DNA of 64,000 bases from an uncultured Chloroflexia bacterium. GTDB taxonomy: Bacteria; Chloroflexota; Limnocylindria; Limnocylindrales; CSP1-4. Made by a program: the position numbers and the translations under genes. Below the pieces are notes generated by a model that saw nothing but the letters and a program-made list of their open reading frames with translations, ran no database searches and was not told the origin of the DNA. How positions within the stretch are numbered: position 1 is the stretch's first letter; every line of letters starts with the position of its first letter. The stretch covers positions 2,666 through 66,665 of the forward strand of contig CAVYXU010000064.1 of the NCBI GenBank assembly GCA_963772565.1, given 5' to 3'. Of the stretch, positions 48,952 to 58,119 are shown one piece after another.

Positions 48952-49593
48952 GTGGTCTCATACGGCGGCGCTGCCAGCCCGCGTCACGCCGATCATCGTC
49001 TATCGCGTCCCCACCGATTCGTTGCGTGCTCGGGTGGCCATCTGGCGGGATCTGAAGCGCCTCGGCGGGCTCTACCTCCAGCAATGCGTGTGTGCATCGT
49101 CCCGCAGACCACCGAGACGACGCAGAGCATGACCGCGATCAAGGAGCGCATCGAGGAGCTGGGCGGCACGTCCAACCTGTTCGATGTCGCGATGGATGGC
49201 TCGCAGCGCGAGCATCTCATTGCCGACTTCCGCGGTCTGGCCCAGCGGGACTACGCCGAGATCGTCGAGGAGTGCGAGACCAAGTTCGTCAAGGAGATCG
49301 AATTCGAGCGGTTCCGCAGCAACTTCACCTTCGAGGAGGTCGAGGAGATCCGCCACGACCTCGAGAAGATCCGCCGCTGGTTCCGTCGGGCGAGCGCGCG
49401 CGACTGGTTCGGTGCGCCGGGCCGCGCGGAGGCGGAGACGTGGATCGAGCAGTGCGCCGCCCTCCTCGACGCGTTCGAGGAGGATGTCTTTACGCACACG
49501 TCGGGTGACGATGCCCCCCGGGCCGAGGCCGGGCGGCCGAAGCCGGCCCCCGAGCCTATCCCGTCGTCCGGCTCAGCGAAGTCCCAGAGCTAG
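48952..49593 (+). pseudogene. ChrB-like (chromate-resistance ChrB N-terminal domain family) gene, apparently frameshifted
   Basis: The frame of 48953 encodes ...IIVYRVPTDSLRARVAIWRDLKRLGGLYLQQCVC. The continuation IVPQTTETTQSMTAIKERIEELGG...EIVEECETKFVKEIEFERFRSNFTFEEVEEIRHDLEKIRRWF lies in the frame of 48952. The junction is a GTGTGTG run at 49088..49094. No canonical start is visible for the N-terminal piece. Confidence 0.55.
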
Positions 49594-51627
49594 CTCCAGA
49601 AACGCGAGCACGTCAGCGCGCTCGTCGATCAGCTTGTGGACCGGCTTGCCCGCCCCGTGGCCGGCATCGGTGTCGATCCTGATGATGATCGGCGCATCAC
49701 CCGATTGGGCAGCCTGGAGCGCTGCCGCGAACTTGAACGAGTGCCCCGGCACCACCCGGTCATCGTGATCACCCGTGGTCACGAGCGTCGGCGGGTACGA
49801 CGTGCCCGGCCTGACGTTGTGGAGCGGTGAGTACGCGAGCAGTGTCCCGAACTGCTCCGGGTCCTCCGCGCATCCGTAGTCGCTGGTCCACGCCCACCCG
49901 ATGGTGAACTTGTGGAACCGCAGCATGTCCATCACGCCCACCTCGGGAACGGCCGCGCCGAACAGCTCGGGGTGCTGCGTGAGCGTGGCGCCGACCAGCA
50001 GGCCCCCGTTCGAGCCCCCGCTGATGCCGATCCGCTCACGGCGGGTCCAGCCGGATGCTGCCAGCCAGCGCAGGCACGCTGCGAAGTCGTCGAACACGTT
50101 CTGCTTGTTGTCCAGCCGACCCGCGTCATGCCACGCCTTGCCGTACTCGCTGCCGCCACGGAGGGCGGCGACCGCAAGCAGGCCTCCACGCTCCATCCAG
50201 GCGAGCCACGCGGCCTTGTACGTTGGCCCGATCGCGATCTGGAAGCCGCCATATGCGTAGAGCAGGGTCGGCACCTCGCCGTCAGGAGCGACGTCCCGGC
50301 GATGGGTCAGGAACAGCGGCACCTGCGTCCCGTCCGCCGACGTGACGAACACCTGCTCGGTCACGAAGTCGTCGGGATCCCAGGCCAGCGACGGCCGTCC
50401 CACCTCGCGCACGGTCCCATCGGCCATGCTCACGGCGAGCACCGCCGGGGGTGCCGTGAAGGTCATGAACGCCAGGTACAGCTCGTCATCTGACCGACGG
50501 CCCGTCATCTCGCCGATCGTGCCGATCGCGGGCAGGCGAACCTCCGCGACCGGCGTGCCATCAAGCTCGAACATGGCCAGGCGATGGTGAGCATCGTGGA
50601 GGTAGACGGCTGCCAGCCGGTTGCCGACGAGGCGGACGTCCTCAAGCGCGTCTGCACCGGCCCCGATGATCTCGCGCGCATGGTCGGGATCGTCCACGTC
50701 AAGCGCGATCACCCGGCCCAACGGCGCATCCCGGTCGGTGAGCAGGTACATCGTGCCGTCGACCGTATCGATGTGGTGGCATCGGGCGTCCGCGGCGTCC
50801 AGGAGCGGCCGGACGATCGCGGCGTCGACGCCGTTGGCCAGGTCCGCGACGTAGATCCGGTTCTCGGGGTCCGTGCCGCGCGCGACGGTCAGCACGAGGA
50901 GCCGTCCGTCATCGGCCACGGCCGGATCGAAGAACCACTCCGGATTTCCCGGCGACGAGAACACCAGGAGGTCGTCGGTCGCATCGGTCCCCAGCCGGTG
51001 GTAGCGCAGCTCCATGTCCCGGTTCGGCGCAGCGAGCGGAGCGTCGGGCGGCGGCTCGGGAAAGCGGCCGTAGAAGAATCCCGCGTCGTCGGCCGTCCAG
51101 GCCGCCGCGGTGGCCTTGCCCCACGGGATCCGGTCGGGCAGCGTCTCGCCGGTCTCGACCTTGCGAACCTCCCACGTCTGCCAGTCGGACCCGGCATCGC
51201 TCATGGCGCAGGCGACGAGCTCGCCCGTCTCCGATGCCGCCAGCGTGCGCAGGGCGGTCGTGCCCTGATCGTTCAGCGTGTTCGGGTCGAGAAGCACCCG
51301 GCCCTCGGCTTCGGGCCCGTCGGCCGTCCACAGGACATCCTGGTCCTGCAGGCCGGTATTGCGAAGCTGGAACCACCGCTCGCCCCGACGCCAGGGCGCG
51401 CCCGCCCGCGGAACGTTCCACAGCTCCCCCAGTCTCTGCCGGATCGCGGCCCTGGAAGGCGCCTCGCCCAGGACGCCGGCGGTCAGAGCGTTCTGCGCCG
51501 CGATCCACGCACGCGACGACGGAGCATCTGCGTCCTCGAGCGGGCGGTACGGATCCGCGATCGCAGTGCCGTGATAATCGTCGACCTGGTCGGCGGTCGG
51601 GGCCGGGGGGTATGTGAGCCTTGGCAT
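49573..51627 (-). CDS. prolyl oligopeptidase (S9A family)
   Basis: 684 aa. DDYHGTAIADPYRPLED N-terminal signature, beta-propeller region, GGSNGGLL nucleophile elbow, ...TGDHDDRV..., ...DAGHGAGKP. Confidence 0.9.
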   Translation of the reverse strand: MPRLTYPPAPTADQVDDYHGTAIADPYRPLEDADAPSSRAWIAAQNALTAGVLGEAPSRAAIRQRLGELWNVPRAGAPWRRGERWFQLRNTGLQDQDVLWTADGPEAEGRVLLDPNTLNDQGTTALRTLAASETGELVACAMSDAGSDWQTWEVRKVETGETLPDRIPWGKATAAAWTADDAGFFYGRFPEPPPDAPLAAPNRDMELRYHRLGTDATDDLLVFSSPGNPEWFFDPAVADDGRLLVLTVARGTDPENRIYVADLANGVDAAIVRPLLDAADARCHHIDTVDGTMYLLTDRDAPLGRVIALDVDDPDHAREIIGAGADALEDVRLVGNRLAAVYLHDAHHRLAMFELDGTPVAEVRLPAIGTIGEMTGRRSDDELYLAFMTFTAPPAVLAVSMADGTVREVGRPSLAWDPDDFVTEQVFVTSADGTQVPLFLTHRRDVAPDGEVPTLLYAYGGFQIAIGPTYKAAWLAWMERGGLLAVAALRGGSEYGKAWHDAGRLDNKQNVFDDFAACLRWLAASGWTRRERIGISGGSNGGLLVGATLTQHPELFGAAVPEVGVMDMLRFHKFTIGWAWTSDYGCAEDPEQFGTLLAYSPLHNVRPGTSYPPTLVTTGDHDDRVVPGHSFKFAAALQAAQSGDAPIIIRIDTDAGHGAGKPVHKLIDERADVLAFLELALGLR

Positions 51628-51750
51628 CGGCCAATCCTACCGGCGCCCGGCCCGGCGCGGCCTTGCCGGCGATGTCGTGGCACGATGACGGCGTGTCGTC
51701 CCCTTCCGGGCGCCCACGCACCACCGTCCAGATGCCCGAAGGAGTCCCCA

Positions 51751-52332
51751 GTGACCGAGCAAGAGCATCACCACGAACACCACCACACGGTGTCGTACCC
51801 GGACGCCGTCATGGAGTTTCGTGCCGACAAGGACGCGTACTTCAAGACCGCGAACGGGAGCCCGATCCCGGCTGCCGAGCGTGCGACCTTCAGTGGCCTC
51901 CCCTACTACCCCGTCGATGAGGCGGCTCGCTTCGACAATCTCGGGCTCGTTCCGTACGAGGGCGGGGAGCCCGTGCGGTTCGAGATCCCGACGTCCGACG
52001 GCCGGTTCAAGCCCGCCGAGCGCGCCGGTGTGTTCCACTTCGAACTCGGGGGCACGGATTGCTCGTTGACCGCCTACCGGATGGCCGGCGGTGACGGTGA
52101 GACCCTGTTCGTGCCGTTCCTTGACACGACCAGCGGCACCGAGACGTACGGGGCCGGCCGGTACCTCGACCTGGAGGCGGAGGACGACGGCACGTACACC
52201 CTCGACTTCAACCTCGCATACCACCCATCGTGCGTCTACGACCCACGATTCTCCTGCCCGATCACCCCTGCCGAGAACCGGCTGCAGGTGCGAGTCGAGG
52301 CCGGCGAGCGGCTCGCGCCAGGGCACGAGTGA
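51751..52332 (+). CDS. DUF1684-family protein
   Basis: GTG at 51751 with GAAGGAG upstream. LFVPFLDTTSGTETYGAGRYLDLE...LDFNLAYHPSCVYDPRFSCPITPAENRL. The rest of track ORF 50584..52332 is antisense to the peptidase gene. Confidence 0.85.
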   Translation: MTEQEHHHEHHHTVSYPDAVMEFRADKDAYFKTANGSPIPAAERATFSGLPYYPVDEAARFDNLGLVPYEGGEPVRFEIPTSDGRFKPAERAGVFHFELGGTDCSLTAYRMAGGDGETLFVPFLDTTSGTETYGAGRYLDLEAEDDGTYTLDFNLAYHPSCVYDPRFSCPITPAENRLQVRVEAGERLAPGHE

Positions 52333-52447
52333 TGGTTGCGACCCGAGCCGGCGAGCGGCTCGCGCCAGGGCACGAGTGATGGGTGCGACCCGAGCCGGCG
52401 AGCGGCTCGCGCCAGGGCACGAGTGATGGGTGCGACCCGAGCCGGCG
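52300..52447 (+). repeat. 47-bp tandem repeat x3.1 that begins inside the last 11 codons of the DUF1684 gene
   Basis: Units start at 52300, 52347, 52394 and (partial) 52441. Each unit contains gccggcgagcggctcgcgccagggcacgagtga (AGERLAPGHE-stop) and a GAGCCG-gcgag-CGGCTC hairpin. Confidence 0.9.
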
Positions 52448-52696
52448 CGCCGACCGCGCCGACGCCGACCGCGCTGACGCCGATCGCTCCGGCGCCGATC
52501 GCGCCGGCGCCGATCGCGCGCTCTGCCCGCTTTCTGTCACCTAGCACCCACGCGGCTACAAGACGGCCCCTGGACGGTCGGGAGGCTCACGCTGGCGCCA
52601 AAGTGCGGTCACGTAGCACTGACGTGGTTGGATGACGCGATCTGCGACCCGGAAGCTGCGCGGCTGATCCCCAGCAGCCGCCTGGGTGCTCAATGA

Positions 52697-52857
52697 CACG
52701 ATCCGGGCCCGGGGCCGTGGGGCGTGAGCACGATCCGGGCCCGGGGCCGTGGGGCGTGAGCAGGAGCCGTGTAGGCCCGGGGCCGTGGGGCGTGAGCAGG
52801 AGCCGTGTGGGCCCGGGGCCGTGGGGCGTGAGCAGGAGCCGTGTGGGCCCGGGGCCG
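52697..52857. repeat. tandem repeat array: 32-bp unit (cacgatccgggcccggggccgtggggcgtgag) grading into three 36-bp units (ggcccggggccgtggggcgtgagcaggagccgtgtR)
   Basis: Read directly from the sequence. The 25-nt core ggcccggggccgtggggcgtgagca occurs 4 times, followed by a truncated (11-nt) fifth copy. The units are contiguous with no unique spacers. Confidence 0.9.
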
Positions 52858-52879
52858 CGCGAACGCGCGCCACGGTCGC

Positions 52880-53863
52880 TCAGCCGGCGTCCACCATCGG
52901 ACGGACCTCGCCGATCCAGCGCTCAAGCGTCTCGTCATCATACGGCGCGGCCAGCTCGGCGATGAACGTGTGGAACCCGAGCGCCTTGTACTGAAGCATC
53001 TGCCCGGCAATCTGCTCCGCCGTGCCCGGCCAGAACGTGTCGTCGCCCGCGATCTCGGACATCGGCGTCCGGTTGTGGGCCATCTGCGCCTTCCATACGC
53101 GACGCGCCCCGTTGGCGGTGTCGCGGATGATGGGTTTGCAGCCGAGCGTCATCTCGATGGTCGCGATGTCCCGTCCGACCTCGTCGCAGTGGCGCTGGAG
53201 CACCTCGATCTTGTGCCGCATCACGTCGACCGGCCCCATCGCGTTCCACATGTCGGCGTATTTCGCCACCGTGCGCAACGTCTTCCGCTCGCCCGAGCCG
53301 CCGATCATCACCGGCAGGTGGGCCTGGACCGGCGGCGGCAGCAGCCGCATCTCGTCGAGGGCGTACCGTCCGTCGGTGGGCGAGGTCACGGTCTCCCCGT
53401 CGAGCAGCCCCCGGATCGCGGCGATCGACTCGTCGAACCAGTCGAGCCGCTGGCCGAACCCCGTGCCGAAGTCGATGCCCGCCGCCTGGTGTTCGAGGTC
53501 GAACCACGCTCCGCCCAGACCGGCGATCGCGCGGCCATCGCTGATGTGATCGATCGTGGTCAGCATCTTGGCCACGAGGGCGGGGTTACGGAACGGGTTG
53601 GCGCCGACCAGCAGGCCCAGCCGGACATGCGACGTGACCTTGGCCCAGGCCGCGAGCGTGGTGTAGGCCTCGAAGATCGGCTGGTACGGGTCTCCGAAGA
53701 TCGCGTACAGGTGGTCCCACGCCCACAGGTGGTCGTAGCCGAGCGCGTCGGCGCGGATCGCGACCGCCTCCTGGTCGCGCCACGAGGTCGCCTGGTTCCA
53801 CAGCAGCACGCCCAGTCGAGTATCCATCAGGTCGATCGGCCTCCGTGTCTCGCGATACGTCAT
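52880..53863 (-). CDS. LLM-class (luciferase-like) F420-dependent oxidoreductase
   Basis: ATG at 53863 with GGAGGAG upstream. LGVLLWNQATSWRDQEAVAIRADALGYDHLWAWDHL..., LGLGGAWFDLEH..., PVMIGGSGERKTLRTVAKYADMWN. Confidence 0.85.
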   Translation of the reverse strand: MTYRETRRPIDLMDTRLGVLLWNQATSWRDQEAVAIRADALGYDHLWAWDHLYAIFGDPYQPIFEAYTTLAAWAKVTSHVRLGLLVGANPFRNPALVAKMLTTIDHISDGRAIAGLGGAWFDLEHQAAGIDFGTGFGQRLDWFDESIAAIRGLLDGETVTSPTDGRYALDEMRLLPPPVQAHLPVMIGGSGERKTLRTVAKYADMWNAMGPVDVMRHKIEVLQRHCDEVGRDIATIEMTLGCKPIIRDTANGARRVWKAQMAHNRTPMSEIAGDDTFWPGTAEQIAGQMLQYKALGFHTFIAELAAPYDDETLERWIGEVRPMVDAG

Positions 53864-53997
53864 ATCTCCTCCACCGTACAGGCTCGCGCCCCTGGGCGCG
53901 TGCCTCGCTGGCGGGCGACCGGCGGGCGGACGAACGTCTCGGCGAGGGAAGATGGGCCAACGCACATCCGCCCGGATATCCAGGAGCGCCCGGACCC

Positions 53998-54441
53998 ATG
54001 GCCTTCGACCTCGATCGGTTCGTCACCGCGCAGCACGGCACCATTGACAGCGTGCTCGACGAGCTGCGGCGCGGCCGCAAGACCGGTCACTGGATCTGGT
54101 TCGTCTTTCCGCAGGTCGCCGGCCTCGGGAGAAGCGAGTTCTCCCGGTTCTACGCGATCGCCTCGCTCGACGAGGCGCGCGCCTACCTGGCCCATCCTGT
54201 GCTTGGTTCGCGCCTGCGGGCGTGCACATCCGCCGTCCTCGCAACGCGCGACCGTACGGCGGAGCAGATCTTCGGTTCGCTCGACGCGATGAAGGTCCGC
54301 TCCAGCATGACGCTGTTCCACCGGGCCGATCCCGACGATCCCCTGTTCAGCGAGGTGCTCGATCGCTACTTCGGCGGGATCGCGGACGCGGCCACGGACG
54401 CGCTGCTGGCCTACGGAGCCCCTGCGACTCGGCGGCCGTAA
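53998..54441 (+). CDS. DUF1810-family protein
   Basis: MAFDLDRFVTAQHGTIDSVLDELRRGRKTGHWIWFVFPQVAGLGRSEFSRFYAI. Confidence 0.8.
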   Translation: MAFDLDRFVTAQHGTIDSVLDELRRGRKTGHWIWFVFPQVAGLGRSEFSRFYAIASLDEARAYLAHPVLGSRLRACTSAVLATRDRTAEQIFGSLDAMKVRSSMTLFHRADPDDPLFSEVLDRYFGGIADAATDALLAYGAPATRRP

Positions 54442-54502
54442 CGCTCGAGCCCGGCGGCGCAGCTCCCCGATCCCACTGCGCCCATGGCGCCGACCGCCGG
54501 CC

Positions 54503-54895
54503 TCAGCGTCCCGACAGCAGCCGCTGGAGATTGCGGACCGTCTGGTCGAGGAGACGCTCGATCTCCCCGGTGTCGGCGTCATCGCGAACATGGAGGCGCA
54601 GGGTCACCTGTGAGGTGCTGGCCGTGCCCACGCTGACCGTGGCCGACCCTCCATAGTCGCGGTCACCCATCCCCCACTCGACCCGCCGGGCTGCCGCGTC
54701 CGCAAGGAACCGCGCCTCGCCGACCGGGCGGATCTCCGCATCGTCGAGCTCGGCTTCCGGGTCACCGTCGACCGCGATCGCCTCGTCGAAGTGCATCGCC
54801 GTCACGTAATCGGGCACGCGGCGAGGGTCCGACAGGAACGCGAAGGCCGCATCCGCGCCCACGCCCACAGTGGTGATGCGCTCGAAGTCCGCCAT
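54503..54895 (-). CDS. SRPBCC-fold (polyketide cyclase/dehydrase-like) small protein
   Basis: MADFERITTVGVGADAAFAFLSDPRRVPDYV... The assignment rests on the N-terminal pattern only. Confidence 0.6.
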   Translation of the reverse strand: MADFERITTVGVGADAAFAFLSDPRRVPDYVTAMHFDEAIAVDGDPEAELDDAEIRPVGEARFLADAAARRVEWGMGDRDYGGSATVSVGTASTSQVTLRLHVRDDADTGEIERLLDQTVRNLQRLLSGR

Positions 54896-55014
54896 GCTCG
54901 CCCTCCTGGTGCTCGCCCGCCGAAGCGGCCGCCTCCGACTCTAGCGCGCCCGCCCGGACCGCGCCGCGACATTCGCCCACGTCGCGGAGCCCGTCGGATC
55001 CGGACGACGCCGAC

Positions 55015-55638
55015 TCAGGTGAGCTCCTCGATGCGGAAGCCGATCGTCTCCGCGATGACTGTGGCCTGTTCGACGTCGATCCTGGCGCCCCGGATCTCGG
55101 CGTTGAGCGGGTCGAGCGACGACAGGTCGCTGCCCCGAAGATCCGTCCCCTGGAAGGTGGCGCGATGGAGCCACGCACCGGACAGATCGACGTCCCGCAC
55201 CGTTGCGCCATCGAGCTGCGCCCCGGTGAGATCGGCCTCCCGCATCCGGACCCTGCTGAGCGATGCCTTGCGCAGATCGGCACCCGGCATGCCCACCAGC
55301 GACCAGTCACCCTCCTCGACGACGAGCAGCTCGTAGCTGCAGCGCTCGAAAGTGCTCCCGACGAGCTTGCAGCGCGTGAACCGGGCATCGAACAACGTGC
55401 ACGCGACGAAGGTGCAGCCGACGAACGCCGAATCGATCAGGGCCGAAACGTTGAACCGTACCTCGCGAAACGTGCACCCGGTGAACGACGCCGCCCGCAC
55501 CACGAGGTCCGACAGGTCCGTCCCCGCGAACAGGACCGAGTCGTGCGTGGTCCCCGAGAACGGCGCATCCGCCCAGGCGGCCGCATCGAACGTCGATGTT
55601 GTCGGCGTTGCCGGGACTCCGTGCGTACGCTCCGTCAT
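55015..55638 (-). CDS. pentapeptide-repeat protein (MfpA/Qnr-like)
   Basis: Long runs of A(D/N)LxG-type pentapeptides: ADLRKASLSRVRMREADLTGAQLDGATVRDVDLSGAWLHRATFQGTDLRGSDLS. Confidence 0.85.
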   Translation of the reverse strand: MTERTHGVPATPTTSTFDAAAWADAPFSGTTHDSVLFAGTDLSDLVVRAASFTGCTFREVRFNVSALIDSAFVGCTFVACTLFDARFTRCKLVGSTFERCSYELLVVEEGDWSLVGMPGADLRKASLSRVRMREADLTGAQLDGATVRDVDLSGAWLHRATFQGTDLRGSDLSSLDPLNAEIRGARIDVEQATVIAETIGFRIEELT

Positions 55639-55648
55639 CGATCGAGCC

Positions 55649-56134
55649 TCAGCTCGCCTCGTCGGCGTAGGCGGCGCGGAGGGCGGCGACATCAAGCCGG
55701 CGCATCTGGAGCATCGCCGTCATCGCGCGGGCAGCACCGTCCAGGTCCGGGCCGGCGAGGATCTCCACAAGCTCCCTCGGAATGACCTGCCACGACACGC
55801 CGAAGCGATCCTTGAGCCAGCCGCACTGACCCTCGACTCCGCCATTCGAAACGAGGTCGTCCCAGTAGCGATCAGCCTCGACCTGGTCCGCGCAGTCGAT
55901 CTGGAATGACACGGCCTCGGTGAACGGGAACTGGGGGCCTCCGTTGAGGCCGGTGAACGGCGACCCGGACAGCGTGAACTGCACCATCAGGACGTCCCCC
56001 GCCGCGGTGCTCGGGTTGTCAGCCGCGGCTCGGGAGACCGAATCGATGCGGCTGTTCGGAAACACCGAGACATAGAACGCGGCAGCCTCCTCGGCGCGGC
56101 CGTCGAACCACAGGCAAGGGGTGATATTGGACAT
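55649..56134 (-). CDS. VOC-superfamily protein (PhnB/3-demethylubiquinone methyltransferase-like domain)
   Basis: MSNITPCLWFDGRAEEAAAFYVSVFPNSRI...CGWLKDRFGVSWQVIP. Confidence 0.85.
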   Translation of the reverse strand: MSNITPCLWFDGRAEEAAAFYVSVFPNSRIDSVSRAAADNPSTAAGDVLMVQFTLSGSPFTGLNGGPQFPFTEAVSFQIDCADQVEADRYWDDLVSNGGVEGQCGWLKDRFGVSWQVIPRELVEILAGPDLDGAARAMTAMLQMRRLDVAALRAAYADEAS

Positions 56135-56315
56135 CGTCGCTCCTCGTTGGCGGGTCATCCGCCCTGGGATCGTAGTCGCCTCCGCGCGAGAGGGTGATGT
56201 CGGTCGCGCCGGCGACCCGGAGGACTCACGAGCGGGCGAACGTGATCGCTGGCGAAGTCCCTGGTTGGAGACGCCATCGCAGGGACCCAGAGTCTGCGAA
56301 GATCCGCCGCGTGAG

Positions 56316-57233
56316 ATGGAACAGGCCGCGGCAATGACCCGTCGCGGGATCGTGCTGTTCGCCCTGATGTCGGTGATCTGGGGCATCCCATACCTGTTCA
56401 TCCGGGTCGCCGTCGACGAGATCTCTCCCGCGACGCTCGTGCTCGCACGCACGGGGATCGCCAGCCTGATCCTGCTGCCGGTCGCGCTCGTGCGCACCGA
56501 CCTCCGAGCGGTGCTCGTCCACTGGCGGTGGGTCGCCGCGTTCGCGATCGTCGAGATCGCGATCCCGTGGGTGCTGCTGGGATCCGCGGAGCAGCAGATC
56601 TCGAGCTCCCTCGCGGGCCTCCTCGTCGCCGGCGTCCCGCTCGTGGGCGTCGCGATCGCGTTGACTACGGGCGGCGCCGATCGCGTCAGCGGCCGCGGTC
56701 TGGTCGGGCTGCTGATCGGGCTTGCCGGAGTCGGCGCGATCGTCGGCGGCGACTTCGAAGCCTCGAATGCGATCGCGCTCCTCCAGGTGGGCATCGTGGT
56801 CGTCGGCTACGCGATCGGACCCGCGATCCTTTCCCGGCGACTCAAGGGGGTGTCGTCCCTGGGGGTCATGGCGGTCTCGCTGGCAGCGTGCTTCGTCGTG
56901 TATGTGCCCGTTGTCGCCGTCGACCCGCCGGCGACCATGCCCGGCGGGGACGTCATCGCGTCGATCCTGGTGCTCGGCACCCTGTGCACCGCGGCGGCGT
57001 TCATCCTGTTCGCGGCGCTGATCGCCGAGATCGGCCCGATCCGCGCCACGGTCATCACGTACGTCAACCCCGCCGTTGCGGCCATCCTGGGCGTGGTCGT
57101 CCTGAACGAGACCTTTACGGTCGCGATGGCGGTCGGCTTCGCGCTGGTCATCCTCGGTTCGACGCTCGGCACGCGACGATCGTCCATCGGTGCCGATTCG
57201 GAAGCTCCCGAAGCGACGCTCGCAGGCCCGTAG
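56316..57233 (+). CDS. EamA/DMT-family transporter
   Basis: About ten hydrophobic segments. VLFALMSVIWGIPYLFIRVAV...; the second half has ...ILFAALIAEIGPIRATVITYVNPAVAAILGVVVLNE. Confidence 0.85.
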   Translation: MEQAAAMTRRGIVLFALMSVIWGIPYLFIRVAVDEISPATLVLARTGIASLILLPVALVRTDLRAVLVHWRWVAAFAIVEIAIPWVLLGSAEQQISSSLAGLLVAGVPLVGVAIALTTGGADRVSGRGLVGLLIGLAGVGAIVGGDFEASNAIALLQVGIVVVGYAIGPAILSRRLKGVSSLGVMAVSLAACFVVYVPVVAVDPPATMPGGDVIASILVLGTLCTAAAFILFAALIAEIGPIRATVITYVNPAVAAILGVVVLNETFTVAMAVGFALVILGSTLGTRRSSIGADSEAPEATLAGP

Positions 57234-57446
57234 CCCCCCTGCGGAGGCACGGGTGTTGCCCGGGGGCCGCGGCGGGATCGCCGGGGGGCCGTTGCGGCTT
57301 CGCTGGGCCGGGCGGAACACCATCGGGACGGGACATCGGCAGGCGAAACGGCCTGCCGAACTCGGGCTCGAGGACATATTCACCGCGTTACAGGCCGGGC
57401 ACCATGCGTGCTGAAGCGCGTCCCCGAATCGTAGAGGTGACGCGCG

Positions 57447-58115
57447 ATGACTCCCCGTCCGATGCTGTTCGGCGTGAGCCGCCTTGCCGTGACTGGACGA
57501 ACGCGAGCGCTCGATCTGGCCTTGGCGGGTTCGTTGCTCATCGTGGCCGGCGGGGTGATCCTGATGGGGATCATCAGCGCGGAGGCGCTCTACCCGGCCG
57601 CATACGCCACCGGCGCGAACGAGATCAGCGATCTCGGTGGTACTCGCCCACCGGCCGCGGTCGTCCTCCAGCCTTCGGCGGCGATCTTCGATGCGTCGAT
57701 GATCCTCGTCGGCCTGCTCCTGGCAGCGGGCGCGGTGTTCGCCCACCGAGCGTACGGGCTGCGATCGGTATCGCTCCCGATCGGCGTCCTCGGCGTGGCG
57801 GCGTTCGGCGTCGGCGTCTTCCCGGGCAACACCGGTACGCCACATGCGATCTGCGCGATGGTCACATTCGTCGCCGGTGGCATCGCCGCACTGACCTCCG
57901 CGCGGGTCGCGAGCGGGCCGTTCCGTCTGCTCATGATCCTGCTCGGGACGATCACGCTGGGCGTCCTCGTCACGTACCTGCTTCTCGGCGATTCGCACCC
58001 GATGACGCCGCTCGGCGTGGGCGGGATCGAGCGCTGGATCGTGTACCCGGTCGTGATCTGGACGATCGCCTTCGGCGGCTACGTGGCTGGCCGCGCGCCC
58101 TCGCACGAACGCTGA
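57447..58115 (+). CDS. DUF998-like integral membrane protein
   Basis: Six or seven TM segments. The family name comes from recall of the overall pattern only. Confidence 0.65.
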   Translation: MTPRPMLFGVSRLAVTGRTRALDLALAGSLLIVAGGVILMGIISAEALYPAAYATGANEISDLGGTRPPAAVVLQPSAAIFDASMILVGLLLAAGAVFAHRAYGLRSVSLPIGVLGVAAFGVGVFPGNTGTPHAICAMVTFVAGGIAALTSARVASGPFRLLMILLGTITLGVLVTYLLLGDSHPMTPLGVGGIERWIVYPVVIWTIAFGGYVAGRAPSHER

Positions 58116-58119
58116 CCGG

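Noticed and set aside
50584-51750. N-terminal 389 codons of the 582-aa ORF 50584..52332
   Set aside because: This part is antisense to the prolyl oligopeptidase gene and compositionally junk. The real DUF1684 gene starts at GTG 51751, which has an RBS.
52697-52857. Possible CRISPR array
   Set aside because: The repeats are contiguous with no unique spacers, unit length changes from 32 to 36 bp, and there are no cas genes anywhere in the window. I treat it as a plain tandem repeat.
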